Assembly: GCA_951406725.2 (NCBI GenBank)
Contig: OX597816.1
Span: 147,250,001-147,314,000 of the forward strand
DNA length: 64,000 nucleotides
From: Octopus vulgaris
Taxonomy: Eukaryota
Direction of reading: 5' to 3'
The notes beneath the pieces were generated by a model. It was not told where the DNA came from. It made no database searches and worked only from the letters and a program-made list of their open reading frames with translations. Below, piece after piece: positions 13,709 through 28,360 of the stretch. The position numbers and the translations under genes were made by a program. The first letter of the stretch is position 1; every line of letters begins with the position of its first letter.

Positions 13709-16059
13709 TATACTCACACACACGTACCAACACACACAGTAAACAGGCATACAAGTATATACTTTTTACTTCAGTTGCTTAGCAAATCAGCATTTGCAGA
13801 AGTCATGCATATTAATAACAGATTTTATAAAACTTCATTTGCATTATGCATCCTTGCATTCGGTCAACGCATTAGTTTGTTTCTCTGCGAAATTATGAAA
13901 TTTAAGTATACATTCATTTCAAATGCCTATGCAAGAAGCAAAATTCGACCCCGATACTTATATCCCTCCACACGCTACTCGAAAGCAAAATAAAAAGGGG
14001 ACTCGTTTGATCACAGTCGTACAAGCAAAAAGGAAAGTACAAAATGTCTTGAATAACTGATTGAAATGTTTAGGTAGAGATTTAGACACTAAACTTTCCT
14101 ACGTTAAACAAATGTGGACACCTTTTGAAACCACTCGGTAAAATGGAACAAATATTGAGCAATTATGCAGGTCAATATATACCAGATGCAAAAGACAAAA
14201 TTTTGTATTCAAGCATCTTAACGATAGAGTGAATAACATAATTCTAAATATACAGTTTGTAATGATTTTTAAAGTATCCTCGATCCGAATCCTACACTTT
14301 AGTTTGCTCCACATACATTTGTGGTTAAATTTCTCTTTCATCCTTATTGGTCAAGTACTAATGTAGACTTCATCGATGAACCCAATTTGTAGCTGTGTAC
14401 GTATGTTTGAATCAGTATGCGTTTTATCTTGAATGTCTGCCTATGTGTGGGTATAATATTAAAATGTGTGTGTGTTTGTGTGTATGTTTCCTAAATAGAA
14501 CTGCTTAAACACGAAACCATTTGAAACTTTACTAATGTATACCGTAATGGCATCTCTACACAGTTTAAACAATCTAATAAATAGAACAGACAAAGCTGTC
14601 GCTATATTGTTTGGTTCACAAATTCATGATTAGAGATAAAAGTTCAGAAATTTGCTGAGTAGAGCATGGTCATATGAGTGTAAGTTGATACACAAAATCT
14701 GATGGAAATGAGTTTATTTTTTGTGTAGGACATATGTCATCCTGTTAAAGACCACTAGCTAGTCCTTGGATATCGTAGATGAAGTTCTCTTTTGCGTATG
14801 TTCAGGTGAAATCTCCGATCTGATAGCCATAAGACGAGACATGGACACAGACAGAGCGATGAAAAGTAAAAATAAAAGTAACAATAAAAGCGTCCAACGA
14901 TTACAACTTACGGATACTTAAGTGGTTAAAATTTTAAATGTAAAGATAAACGCAATATACATTCCTATAACTGACGTTTGAGTGATTGCGCTCAAGCTGC
15001 AAGCAACTCCCTCTGTAAAATAGAAATTCGCTCTTTAGGTTTATTGATATAATTTACATTTTAGGTCCTATTGACAATCGATTTTTTTCCATATGTACAG
15101 CAGAAACCAAATCATATATGTAGCAATTATTAATGACTTATATTAACGAACTGAGCAAAAACATAATTGATTTCCAGCTGAGCATAATCTGAAACATTGC
15201 TGATGTATTTTCGTCTCTTTCGAATTTACTAAGATGAAAAATGCAATATTGACACCAATTGATCTGTAATACATACTATAGAGATACGAAACTAGATTCT
15301 ATAATGTATTCAACCAAATAATCTTGGTACCTTCAAACTAACAAATTAAAATAAGGCTCTTAGCAAAATATAAGTGACGTTGAATATCAGATCTGATTAT
15401 ATGCGTAATACATCAGTTTCCCCCATTGAACGGGTTAATAAGGTTTGTTGAAGAGTGCTTCCGGAAAATATATATAACAGAGCAAAGAGTAGATACGCTG
15501 CATTTCCTGCTGGGAAATTGAAAATCCAAATAGTAATTAAGACACTCAGAGGAGATCTCTTGATAATAGATTAAATGTTCCGTAGCAATAGAGTTAGAAA
15601 ACTGTGCACGTACGAAGACTAAATGAAAATTATAACAATGTTTGCTTAAGTTTTACGATACCATAAAATTTTAGGGAAATAATGTAATGGATTCCATTGA
15701 CTACAGTGCATGACTGATACTTCTACTATTGATTGATTCGAAAGAGGGTAAGGAAAGACAACCCTCACTGTGTTTTATACTAAACACTTATGATATTTAG
15801 TTTGTTAATTTACTGTTTCTGAAATCATGCCAAAAATAAGCCAATACGGTAAGAATAGAAATAGAAAATACAATTATGACAACAACTATAATAATATCGG
15901 ATTGTAATTTAGGCACAAGACTAGCGAATTTGGTTATCTCATTAATTGTTTGGTACTTTATTTCAGCGACCTTGGAAGGGTGAAAATCGAAATTGTGCAT
16001 TTCCACCACAGTATAAAAGAGCAGGAATGAATACCACAAGTTAGTTTATTCGACGCTCT

Positions 16060-16152
16060 AACAATAAGAACAACAACAATAATACAACCACAACCACCAC
16101 TAACAACAACAATATAATAATAATAATAATTAATAATAATAATAATAATAAT

Positions 16153-16185
<33 letters not shown>

Positions 16186-16705
16186 TAGCAGTATCGCCCG
16201 GCGTTGCTCGGGTTTGTAAGGGAAATAACTATATAACGCATTTTTAGAGAGTTACTTCCCTTATAGATGCCAATTCGGGCTTTATTAGCCATTTCTGTTT
16301 TGGTGTCTTCAAGCCATGAAGTCGTTGTTCTAAAAGAACGCTGGTCTCCTTGACAACGGTTTACGACGTTGATTTCCTTACACTTCCTTCCCCACAGCTT
16401 CACGAGGGCGGGAAGAAGGGGGAGAAGCAAACAGGTGCAGGTGTGAGCATGGACGCCAACTCCGCCGCCATCGACACACGAAAAATTATGCATTAAAATG
16501 GAATAAAAAATTATGTTAAATTATTTTTTAAATCGTAGACTCATCGTAGACGCGCGCTAATACTCAGACGGACTCGATATGAGTCACGACTATAAGATAC
16601 CCGAATTTGGTTAAACTGCACTGCAAAATGTGGGAGTAGTTAGGAATCTAAATCGAAGGGGACAGACACTCACACAACTACAGTTTTATATATATAGATA
16701 TTAAA

Positions 16706-16736
<31 letters not shown>

Positions 16737-17014
16737 TTAAAAATAATAATAATATTAAAAATAATAATAATAATAATATTAAAAAAATAATAATAATAAT
16801 AATAATAATATTAAAAATAATAATAATAATATTAAAAATAAAAATAATAATATTAAAAATAATAATAATAATAATAATAACAATAATAATAATAATATTA
16901 AAAATAAAAATAATAATAATAATAACAATAATAATAATGATAATGTAACTTTCATGGCTTGCACTGCTCTCTTACTCAATAATAATAAAAAATAATGATA
17001 CTAATAATAATGAT

Positions 17015-17108
<94 letters not shown>

Positions 17109-17110
17109 AT
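16060..17110. repeat. (AAT)n/(ATT)n arrays with a higher-order ATTAAAA(ATA)n unit, interrupted by the Helitron
   Basis: Directly visible; polarity flips from AAT to ATT near 17015. Confidence 0.9.
16185..16698 (-). mobile_element. Non-autonomous Helitron, both ends present
   Basis: Minus strand starts TC(TATATATATAAAACTG) and ends with hairpin CCCGAGCAACGCCGGG followed by CTAG. Inserted between A and T in an (AAT)n array with no TSD. Confidence 0.85.
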
Positions 17111-17212
17111 TCCTGTTGTTACTTTTAGACCAAATTTAATCTTGACTGAACAGACCTATAAGCTACGGATTGCGCTGGTCTTATCAGTTTTTATTCAGAA
17201 GTGAATCGTTAA

Positions 17213-17495
17213 AATCAAATTCTGCCGACGTCGACAATGCTTTTCGTCTTTTCGAGGTTAATAAAATATGTAAATTTAAACACTGGGGTTGATGTAGTGA
17301 ACCAGTATCCTTCTCCCCAGTTTCAGGCCTTGTGCCTATAATAGAAAAGATTATTATCAATTTCGGTATGTAGGTCGCGTGTTTATATGGATCCCGAAAG
17401 AATGGAAAGCAAAACTGATATCGGTGGAATTTGAATTCAGAACATGAACAGGGGAAAGACATACTGCTTGATAATTTTGTCCGACGCTCTAGCCA
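17213..17495. mobile_element. Two adjacent, oppositely oriented, degenerate SINE-C fragments (about 17213-17355 +, about 17385-17495 -)
   Basis: tcaaattctgccgacgtcgac...cactggggttgatgta versus cccgaaagaatggaaagcaaa...ggaatttgaattcagaac; both resemble 36931-37161. Confidence 0.6.
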
Positions 17496-20400
17496 CACTT
17501 TCATTTGAAAATTACACAAAGAAATCTAAACAATAGGAATGCTCATAAATTAGAAGCCATGGCAACACATTAAAGCAACACAACAAAATAAACCACAAAT
17601 GACAAGTATAAATCATAATGAAAAATATGACACTGATAAAAATAAATACAAAATTATGTTCATCGTACAAATCATAGCGCAAAGTGTCATTTGAATACAA
17701 TCCACAAGTAATATATATTGCCCATCTATCGAAAACATATCACAGTACTATTCGAAAAAATATAATGTTTGAATACACAAAAACGAAAACTGTTCATAAC
17801 AAATTCAATCACAACGAGATAAAGGAGATATTTTTCCAAGCTAAGAATAAACAAACTTTTCCAGAAAAACAAGTAGCCAAGCTCTCTTCACGAATCAATT
17901 TCTAAAGAAATAATATACTTAAACATCAACGTGCTAAAGAATCTTATTTACCCAGTCTCCTTTAGTTGTGTCGATAGAAAAATAACTTTGACACTATTAT
18001 TGTAAATCAACCTACTCTGAACTTCATCTAAATAACAATGGATGGTAAATACACAAAGCAAGTTAATTGAAATAAATATTAGACATTTTACTTGACAGCA
18101 ATAACAAGAAACTTTACGGAGTACGATATTCAAACAAAGCCTTTTCAAGCATAATGAGAAAACATACGCAGTGAAAGCGTGCGACACTATTAAGAGTTAC
18201 AATGCATAAGAAAATAAAGGGGAACTGAGAGACAGAATATTACGATAAGCATAACCCAGCATAACCAACATAAAATTTACAAACATGACCACACGGCTAA
18301 CCCCTGAAAGTATGTGTGAATTGATAAAGTAGTGACATTCTGGTTAAAATAAGCCGATGAAATACTAATGAGGCCAGATCAACATAAGACGTGAAATCAA
18401 TATTTAATCTCCAAAGCAGAGCCAATATACCTTTCGATATCCTTTCTACCAACAATATACTGTTCAGCAACAATATACTTTGATGGGAGCAGAAAGGGAG
18501 TCGAATGATGTATGGATATAAAGAGTAACTACTGATAAACAGAACTATTATTATAATCAGTCGAAAATAGGAACCAAGAGCTTGATATCTCATTGATTAA
18601 TAACTGAAATTAACTTGACATCAAAAGTCTTTCTTGGATACTGGCGACATTACATACATACAGATAAGTTCCAACATTAATTCTCTATATCAAGGAAGTC
18701 AATTCAAATAAAATATATCGATGGCAAAAACTCTCTATGCTACTACCTTGCTGACACCCTCGGTTTCTCTAACAATAACCTTAAAACAAACGAGCACTGG
18801 TTTGCAATCCTCCGTATTTCGTGTACAGGATTTAGAACTACAAAGAAGAGAAAGACCATAGTTGGAAATACAAAGGAAATCATACATGCCTTTAATTGTC
18901 AATAGTATATATTATTATATAAATTCATATATTTATTACTTAAATTAATATGAAATATATTGTGTTATCTTGTAAACATTGAAATTCAAAAGTTTAAAGT
19001 ATCAGCCGTTTATGCTGTTAATTGTGGATACGTAAAAAAGAGGAAAAGTGTAATATACAGAAATAAATGAAACAGCTAGAAATATTAAAACTAAAATGAA
19101 CAGCAGAATTCATTTCCCCAAATAGATAAGTCATTTCATCAAGTTTGCTGAATTGATATTTTGATAGAAAACCCATGATCTACTAATATCAATCCGTGTG
19201 CACAACCCCTAAATTCATACACAGAGATTTGGAATGTCTTGATATAAACTGGAAAATAGGTTACGGTAGCAACTGTGGTCTAAACAATATTTCATGGTAT
19301 GAGTAAAGGTTGACTGAAGCTAAATGAACGAATGGAATGGACAAAAACAATTGTGTTTTTTTTTTACGTAAGGAAAATAAAATCGAAACACCAAAACATT
19401 GCAGAGATAAAAGGTGAGAGACTGATATTATTAACTGATCAGAATCAAGGCCTAACCCCCAAATTATCAAAACATGTAAATAATATGGCCTAGTGTCAAA
19501 AACATGTGTAGAAACATAAACTACGTAAATGAAGGTAGTTTTAAGCAATAATACATTTACCAATTTAAAAACATTTCATTGTGATAGACAATATATGAAT
19601 GTACACTATATACACTACATGGAACTATAAAATATATTTGACGAATCACCGAAATGAATTCTGCCTCCAAAAACAATATTTTACTAAGGTGTACACCAGT
19701 TTTTCCAGCAGAAAATATACACAGAAACATGAAAATGACAAAAGAGGACGCATAATATAAACATAAAATGACAAATAATTTAGGAGGGCACGCTCGATAG
19801 AATAGACAATGTTTCTCAGGTATTTTATGAAACTCAGAATTTAACATTATTCATTTCCTCCATAATAATTGCATAACAATACTTTTCCGTAAAAAAGCCC
19901 CTTCAAATTTTAAGAAATTATACTCAAGTTTATTTAGATGAATCTAATTCCAGGATGTTTGTCGAAATATACCCACGACTGGAATTCAAAATATAGTTCT
20001 GAAACTTAGTCTATGGTTTTATCGAATGCATAAAGTAGAATTTTAAGGAACTATTTCTAAAATATAGAGATATTTCGTAGACACAGTATCCGAAAACACA
20101 TCTTATTTAATATATGCTTACAAATTATTTTAACCTAACTTAAATATACAGACACACATAAACAAATATATTGATCTATGTGTGTGGGCATGCACACAAG
20201 TATGTATTTAGGTATTTATGAATGTATGTATGTATGTATGTATGTATGTATGTATGTATGTATGTATGTATATATGCATGTGTGTTTTCATAAAAACTAC
20301 ACTAGACCTTGGCAACAATTAAGTAAAATTCATCACTTGAACGTTACATAAAAATATATAACTCCCAATTATAAAGTCTAAATATTATCATGATCTTGTA

Positions 20401-20912
20401 GAAGATTCTGAAGCAGAAAGGATTATTATCAATGTGTTTCTGAGAACAGAAATATAACTGGATAATACTGGGATACATATTTCGGATGCTAGAATGTTCT
20501 GGCATGTTCAGGCATTTATAAAAGTAAATTGTGAATCTATACGTATTGTACATAGAGCTGAAGCTAAATGAAGGATTGGATTTGAAAATGTGATAATACA
20601 TAAGGAATTTGTTATCAAATATAGATATCACTGCGCTTTCCCCAAGGGGAAAACACTCTATTAATATTTGCATAATCATGAAGCAATCTATTTTGCATAG
20701 ACAAGAAGCTACATATTTTGCATAAATATGGAGGTACATATTTTGTATATGTTAAATATGAATATATATTGCTTTCCGTGGATACTTTGCTTATTCACGA
20801 CCAAAGAACATGCTTATATAAAACTGTTGAAGTCCATATCATAAATAAATAAATTTTATATCAACGCTTGCGTATAAACACATGTATATATATACATGTA
20901 TATAAACACACG

Positions 20913-20964
<52 letters not shown>

Positions 20965-21577
20965 CATATATATATATATACATATATATACATATACATA
21001 TGTGTATGTGTGTGCGTGTGTGCGTCCGTGGATCATGTATATAGACATGCATGTATGCGTACATGCTATAAGTGTGAACAGGTAACTGTTTACTGTATGT
21101 GTGTATATGTATATATATACATGTGTGTATGTATATATTTCTGTATGTCTGTGTATATATGTATCTATGTATGTTTGTATACAAGTAGGAAATCATTTTT
21201 AACGTATATATGTGTGCATACATATATGTCTATGTATGTATTTGCTTGTTTGTATATGTACGTATCAGTTATAATAGAAATATATACTCCCATTTTGTAC
21301 AACTTGTTTGAATACATATGTGACTGTGTGTGAGTATGTTCTGTTCCATTCCTGTACCTATACTATATGGCTTGCATGTTTTACTGGTTTACCTTCCCAC
21401 ATACACCTATACTACCCATCTATTTCCTATGTAAAATTAAAAATATATATATATATTGTTTTTCCTCCCCTACGATCCCCAAACGAGAAAATAAACTTTA
21501 AAATATAACAAAAATATAACTTAAAACAGCAAAACAACAGCTCCCCCCTAATACATATCCCTGACCTTTACTTCCAG

Positions 21578-21928
21578 CTCGTTACCCCAAACCCTGCGAA
21601 GTGCACAGCTCATTCTACCGGAACGGCAAGCGCGTCGTAAAGAAGACTCTGTACAGTGACGGAGAACAGGTGCGCCCAGACTGTTCACACTTGTGCACTT
21701 GCCAAAATGGTAACTTCGGCTGTGTATCACTATGTCCTCAGGAAGAAAAGAAACCTTCCTTGACACATTGTAAGAACCCGCGGTTAGTTACTGTGGCTGG
21801 GCAATGCTGTGGTGAATGGTGGTGTGACACGGACAGCAATTACACGAAGACGATCGAAAGCAAAAGCGGAAGCACAAGCAACGTGGTAGCTTATGATCCC
21901 CGACGAGACGGAAGCTATGTGAGACACG
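21578..21928 (+). CDS. Internal coding exon of a CCN-family matricellular protein: VWC domain plus hinge
   Basis: Translates as (A)RYPKPCEVHSSFYRNGKRVVKKTLYSDGEQVRPDCSHLCTCQNGNFGCVSLCPQEEKKPSLTHCKNPRLVTVAGQCCGEWWCDTDSNYTKT...AYDPRRDGSYVRH. It has 10 Cys in the CCN VWC pattern (CxCxxGxxGCVxLC...CxxPRxVxxxGxCCxEWxCD). Branch-like CTGAC at 21561, pyrimidine tract and AG at 21576-21577, donor G|GTAAGA at 21928/21929. Both introns are phase 1, as for CCN domain exons. The paralog cannot be assigned. Confidence 0.92.
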
Positions 21929-23405
21929 GTAAGACACGGAAACAAAAAATTATAATGAATAAAGAAATGCTAAAAAAAAAGAAAATGTAATGGTGCATTG
22001 ACACCATCTTGTACCCGTGTGGTTATCGTTAAAATATATGTATATTTTTAAACTTTCATAGTAACATGTCTATTTTTATATCTTTTCTTACAACGTCTCT
22101 CTCTCTCATTCTGTTTGTCTGTCTGACTATCTCTCTCTCTCTCTCTCTCTCAATCTAAACTTCTTTATTTCTCTAAATTCTTGTCTCCATAAACATATAT
22201 ATATATATGTACGTGTGGGTGTGAGTATGATGTATCCGTGAATACGTTAGTGGGTGTGTCTGTGTGTGTATGTGTGTGTATATGTGTGTGAATGTGTAAT
22301 AACGTGTGTAAGAAAAATAAACATGTATCCTATATATATATTTATGTGTGTGTGTGTGTGTGAGAGAGAGAGTATGTATATAAGAATATACTCACAAAAT
22401 GTTATTTGTATATATATAATTGTGTGTGCGTATTTGAATAGAGTATATATATATATGTTTGTGTGTGCGGGAGAGCATGCGAGAGGGAGAGAGAGAGAGA
22501 GGAGGAGGAAAGAGGAAGAGAGATTGTGACTGAGTGAGTGTGTCAGAGTGTCTAAATCTCACGTATACCGTTTTAATCTTTTTTATTACGTTACGTCTTG
22601 ATAGTACTGTAACCATTAAGTGTCAAAATGTTTCGTCCTACTTCTAAGATCTAATAACTGCCATAATATATATTGGAAGACAACTATAGAACTTACCGGA
22701 CTTGTCTTTGTTTTGCTGTTCTTTTTTCCATTGATTAAATTATCTTAAAAAATACCAATATGAAATTTCTTAATTACATTATAGAATTTATAAGTGTGTG
22801 ATGAATATCGTTTACGTAACAATCGGACATGTAAAGTAATAATTTTGAGGTCAGCTATACTTAGGATAAAATTGCGAGATAGGATTTATCACCTGCTTGT
22901 GACCCTTTGAATTCTTGAATTTTTTCCTTCTTTTCACATTCACAGGATATGTACGTATGTATTCATATATGAGAGACTTTTATTGTTAGCTATGCGGATT
23001 GATTTTTAATTTCAGATTTAATTCCAGGTTCAGCTTCATATTCTAACACACTTTCATTCATTTTTTTTTTGTGGTTGATATCACTCTCTAGTAAATTCGC
23101 TTACATATTCGCCCTTTTCATTATTGTAATTTTTCCCTTGAGCTGGTAAAATATGAGCTTGGTACGATATGTAAGTACATCATATTTTCTACCTGTTTCA
23201 GTCGTTAGACGGCGGCCAGGACGAAGCACCGTCTTCAAAGATTTTAGTGGAACAAATCGACCCCAGTACATATATTTTCAGCATAGTTCTTATTCTATGT
23301 TACGCGGAGGTAAGCATACCAACAGCGATCGTCAAATACAAATAGAGACAAATATAGACACAAAGACATACACACATACATACACACATAAACACACACA
23401 CACAC

Positions 23406-23451
<46 letters not shown>

Positions 23452-23452
<1 letters not shown>

Positions 23453-23830
23453 TAGCAGTATCGCCAGGCGTTTCTCGGGTATGTTTCAACCTTTTAGAAC
23501 TGGAATTTTTGAAAAGTAAAATTATGTATGTTGTTATGCTCTTTAAGTGAACATTTTTCTGGTTGAAATACACCGAAAAATGGCGACACAGCAGTAAAAA
23601 AATCGTAAAAAATAGGGATTTTCATAGAAAAATAGCACCTTTTTAATGTAAATAATTTTTGGTTTTAACACGGTCTGATTTTAATTTTATCTTCTACGGA
23701 ATGAAGAGTAAGCCTTCTATCATACTTTCAATTTTGGTCAACTTGCCCCGAACGGTCTTGGAGGAGATAGTGTTATTTGAAGGCTACCAAACCTGCCATA
23801 CACCGACAACTTCAGTTTTATTATATATAT
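23452..23830 (-). mobile_element. Non-autonomous Helitron, same 3' terminus as 16185 but different interior
   Basis: ctagcagtatcgccaggcgtttctcgggt terminus; the other end caacttcagttttattatatatat resembles caactacagttttatatatat of the 16185 copy. Lies within (TA)n. Confidence 0.75.
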
Positions 23831-24140
23831 ATATATATATATACCTACGACGCCTGTGATATCTGAAGCTTCTACAATAAATGAACCTAATGTGTGTCTT
23901 ACATGACTAGCATTTATTTATGATATACACTTAAAGTATATTGTGTGGGGGACAGATATAGCTTGTAGTTTATGAATATTTAATAGCAGCAACAAAACAA
24001 ATTACATGCACGTATGTAAATATAACTTTCAATCTAAAATAGATATATTTTTCTATTGCATAATATGAGTTCTGCACGTTCACATGTTTTTCTTACAAAT
24101 TCAATGTAGTAGCAGTTGGTCTCCTTCTGCTGGCTGCTTG

Positions 24141-24178
<38 letters not shown>

Positions 24179-24371
24179 TTGAGCTCGCTATATTATATAA
24201 AAGAAAATGGATTCAAAAATCCAATCTAGTACACTGTAGGTATCGAACTCGGCTGACTAAGTTGTCCAGTGAATCCACACAAGATGTAAATTCTTTTCCT
24301 GCATTCTTTCTAATTTGTAAATACTGAGTAAACTCAGTATAAATTCAGTATATATATATATATATATAAAT

Positions 24372-24571
24372 GTGACCTCGTGTGTACCGTTGGCGATTTT
24401 TTTCCCTCTGTCTTTCCTTCTCTGGATCTTTCCTTCTCCTATGTTTCCGACGAAGAGCTCCGCTCGAAACGTTAACCCCCCCTCTTTTCTTCTTTCCTGA
24501 GCGTCCAATAATACTATATTTGTTCCACGTCCTCGCGTTGTTGTGTTTTTTGTGCTTTCTTGTTTGGATTA

Positions 24572-24574
<3 letters not shown>
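24372..24574 (+). mobile_element. Hammerhead-bearing repeat family B, copy 3
   Basis: Flanked on both sides by (TA)n; homologous to 158-343 (reverse complement) and 3440-3630. Confidence 0.75.
24443..24477 (+). ncRNA. Minimal type-I hammerhead motif, U4C core variant
   Basis: gttt CCGACGA a gagc-tcc-gctc GAAAC GTT aacc. Confidence 0.65.
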
Positions 24575-24613
<39 letters not shown>

Positions 24614-25532
24614 TTCACACGGTACAATAGAGAAATACAAAAAAAAATGGACATTTATTCTTGATTTTATCAGTCACGTACCTTTCAAATAGAATAGCAT
24701 ACCTCAAAATTCAGCAATGCGACATTCATTCACGACTAAATCGATCCCATATTTGATCGATTGAAATGTTACAGAGAAAGAGAGAGCAGATTTAGCACCA
24801 TATTTTTCTCATCGAATCTATATTACCACTGCTCATATTGCTGATCATTTTAAACGAGTAACTAGTAAATTTGGGTCAGCTAAACACTTCACAAATATTT
24901 AACCATGTTCGAGTCCCATAAGTCAGAGTGGCTTTTTCCAGCGCACATTTCTCTCCATCCTCCGAAGCAACGACGTCTCTGTTTGGTTTGCTGTGGCCAT
25001 GAGAAATGTTTATTAATAAAGATATATAAACAAAAGAGAGAAAAACATCAGAAACTCCGTTGACTGTTAAGTGTAAGTAAATTGGAATTTTTTTTATTCT
25101 TACATCAGACGTCCGTGTAGCTGGGTCTGAAATACTCTGATAATGTAAGCAGCTGATTAAGGTATGACAAATGCACAAAACCTTTAATTATAAGCGGAAG
25201 AATAAAGGATAGGAATTCGTGCTTATCAGATCATGATAGAATTGTAATCTAATACGAGGTATGGTCAGGTAGAGCAGGTAGCGAGTAGATGAATTCAAAC
25301 AGAAATACCGAGCCCCCTTTGACCAGATCGTGGGAAAAGAAACAATAGGGTATGTAAATATGCACTAATTCTGCGTGGATTAGGAAACGGTGGCGATTGA
25401 GATACAATTCTTTTACAAGATGATAAGGTATGTTGAAATATAAATCTTTAGTAGACAGATTAATCACATGCAAAACGATTGTAATTTTATCCTTAATAAC
25501 TTTGCACAAACACACACACACACGCATATTTA

Positions 25533-25923
25533 GGCGCAGGTGTTAGCTGTGTGATAAGAAGCTTGTTTCTCAACCACAAGATTCAGGGCTTAGTCACACT
25601 ACGTGGAATTTTGGCTGTGTTTTTTCTACTATCACCTCAGGCCGACCAAAGCAATATGAATGAATTTTGTAGGCCGATAAAAGCACGCTGTATATATATA
25701 TGTGTGTGTGTGCGTGTGTGTGGGTGTGTGTGTGTGTGTAGGTTTGTCCCCCACCATCGCTTGACAGCCGATGTTGGTATGTTTACGTCCCTGTAATATA
25801 GCGGTTCGGCAAAAGAACCAATAGAATAAGTACTAGCCTTACAAAGAATAACTCCTGCGGTCGATCTGTTCGAGTAAAGGCGGTGTTTCAGCATGGATGC
25901 AGTCAAATTACTGAAGCAAATAA

Positions 25924-25928
<5 letters not shown>
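25533..25928 (+). mobile_element. tRNA-derived SINE family A, diverged full-length copy
   Basis: Colinear with 32826-33245 (head, internal TA/TG microsatellite, gcggttcggcaaaaga...cagcatgg..gcagtcaaat tail). Confidence 0.85.
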
Positions 25929-25959
<31 letters not shown>

Positions 25960-26054
25960 ATGTATGTAGATATATACACATACATATATATATATACATA
26001 CATATATATATACTTTCATATATATATATATACACATACATATATATATATTAT

Positions 26055-26093
<39 letters not shown>

Positions 26094-26131
26094 TATTATC
26101 CATATACATATATATATAGTTAATCCAAACA

Positions 26132-26620
26132 AGCTAGTTCCTTGAAGCATTCCACTCGATATTAATGACTCCTTGGATGGGGACCCATTGACTTTCATAG
26201 CCTGGCTTCAGTCTTTCAAAATATCATGTAACCACTCTCCTAGTTTGCCGATTATCCGATATCTCTGTAGTTAGTGACATATCTCGTATCAACCTTTGTG
26301 AAACTGAGCTGTTTCTGCGTTACATGAGTTGTTTCAATACCCAGTCATAATGCTGCAGAAGATGTGTAATGCTTCTTCTTCATGAAGACAATCCATGCTG
26401 GGTGTCAGAGAGTAAGTCATTATCTTCTAGGAACGGGAACAGCTTCGTCTTGACAATGTTTCATGACTTTACTGACATGGGGAAGTAGAGCGAAAGACCT
26501 ATAATTTTTACCCACCGTTCCGCTTCCTCCTTTATGGATCGGGTACATGGTGCCTTCCTTTAACTTTCTGGGAAATCACCTATATGTAAGTGAGCTTCGG
26601 AAATAGATAGGTAGGAGTTT
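26132..26620 (-). mobile_element. Degraded LINE reverse-transcriptase fragment (CR1/L2 group)
   Basis: Minus-strand translation with frameshifts: [80 protein letters not shown]. These match the YRPISLL, QHGF and GVPQG motifs of non-LTR RT. Confidence 0.8.
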
Positions 26621-26749
26621 ATTAGAGAGCTTTTCCATTTATTTCCATTAGAGCCCGTGAATGAGGTTAAGCTCATTTCATCAATTTCATTTATTTAAAT
26701 GTAATTAATAATTGCCATCTTTTCGTGTAGAGTTGTGATACCTAAGAAC

Positions 26750-26809
<60 letters not shown>

Positions 26810-27899
26810 TGTGTGTGTTTGTGTGTGTATATTTATATATATATAAGTAGTGGGATTAATTATATAATCAGTAGAAGGTGGCTGAGTGTATGTTTTTACA
26901 ATAGTTCATAAAGAGATGAAGAATAAATTCAAGACCTATATATTTACTACATAAAAATAGCATGACCAGTTATATATACCTCCATAAGACACAATGAAGT
27001 AGCGAAAGTTATGCTATGGTAAGAAACGCCCTGATTGAAACAAATGTGCCTATTGAGGTCGAGTAGTAAATGAAAACACAACGTAAATATTATTTATTAC
27101 CACTATTGGTTATCAATTACTATTTCCTCATGATAATTTCTTACATGCGATTAATCCTTTTTTAAGATTGTTACCTATTATCTACAGAAAATTACTCTAA
27201 GATACACCTTCATTTAGCAGGAAGGAATGTGTGTGCGTGTATAAGCGTGCGTGCGTGTGTGTGTATGTATGTGTGTGTGTCTGTGTGTGCATGCTTGTGA
27301 TCCTCAGAATTCGTTTTTGTTCTAACTGTTGGTCTTGCGTTCATACGCCTCTATCTTTTCTCTTGTTTCCACTCTACAACTTACGAATAACTAATCTGGC
27401 ATTAAGTCGAATGACACTCAATCGTTTATAATTCAGGCAAAATGTTTATGTACCCAAGCTGTAGTTTGCCACGTCATATTCACTTAAAGAAACTCGACCA
27501 TATATTCAGCAGGTTTTTGTTATTATTATTCTTTTATATTACAAACTGTCTTGGATGCTGCGAATTCTACCTACAAATTTTTTTGTCATTCGCTTCACTC
27601 ACAAATTTTGATTGATAGTTTACATTGCATACGCTTCAGAATAACATATTCGTCTCCTCTTTGTAGAAAACAACCATTCTCTACAACTCCATATTACTTC
27701 CCTTCACATTGCTGATGTACTTGGGCACAATTCAAGGCACCTCGATATGTTTAAAAGATTCCCTCTGCACTTGATGACTAGCATACAATCAGAATAATAT
27801 CGAACGTTGTTCGTTTCTCCTTACAAATATTGAATGGTACATGTATGTGTGTTGGATTGGAGAGGGTGTACTTTTATGAATATGTATACGTATGCTTAT

Positions 27900-28360
27900 A
27901 GCTGCATACTAAAAAGCTTGCTCCACAGCCAAGTGGGTCCCGTTTCATTCCCACTACACAAAAGCTTGGGCAGGTGTCTTCTGTTATAGCCCCCGAACCA
28001 ACCTTCTGATTGGGTTTCTTGAAGTAAGCTAAGAGTAGCCCGTCGTATGCTATGCTTGTGCGTCTGAGTGTGTGTGCTTTCTTTACCTTAGTGGTTCCGC
28101 AAAAAGACACCGATAGAATAAATACCAGACTCCAAAAAGTACTGAAGTTGATTACTTCGACTAAAATCCTTCAAGAGCGCAGGCATATAACTGAAAGATA
28201 AAAGATAAAAGATAGATACTTAGCGGTTCGGCAAAAAAAACCGATAGAATAAGTACTGGGCTTACAAAGAATAAGTCCCGGGGTCGATTTGCTCGACTAA
28301 AGGCGGTGCTCCAGCATGGCCGCAGTCAAATGACTGAAACAAGTAAAAGAGTAAAGAGAG
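27900..28360 (+). mobile_element. SINE-A: old degenerate copy (about 27900-28210) followed by a well-preserved 3' fragment (28218-28360)
   Basis: cttagcggttcggcaaaa...gactaaaggcggtgctccagcatggccgcagtcaaatgactgaaacaagtaaaagag is nearly identical to 33098-33240. Confidence 0.85.

Noticed and set aside
16700-16930. Regularly spaced ATTAAAAATAAT units resembling a CRISPR-like array
   Set aside because: The spacers are just variable-length AAT runs, the context is eukaryotic, and no cas genes are present.
21929-21990. C-terminal part of the 129-aa ORF (GKTRKQKIIMNKEMLKKKKM)
   Set aside because: It lies after a strong GTAAGA donor and is A-rich, so it is intron read-through. The ORF's GTG start is an internal Val codon.
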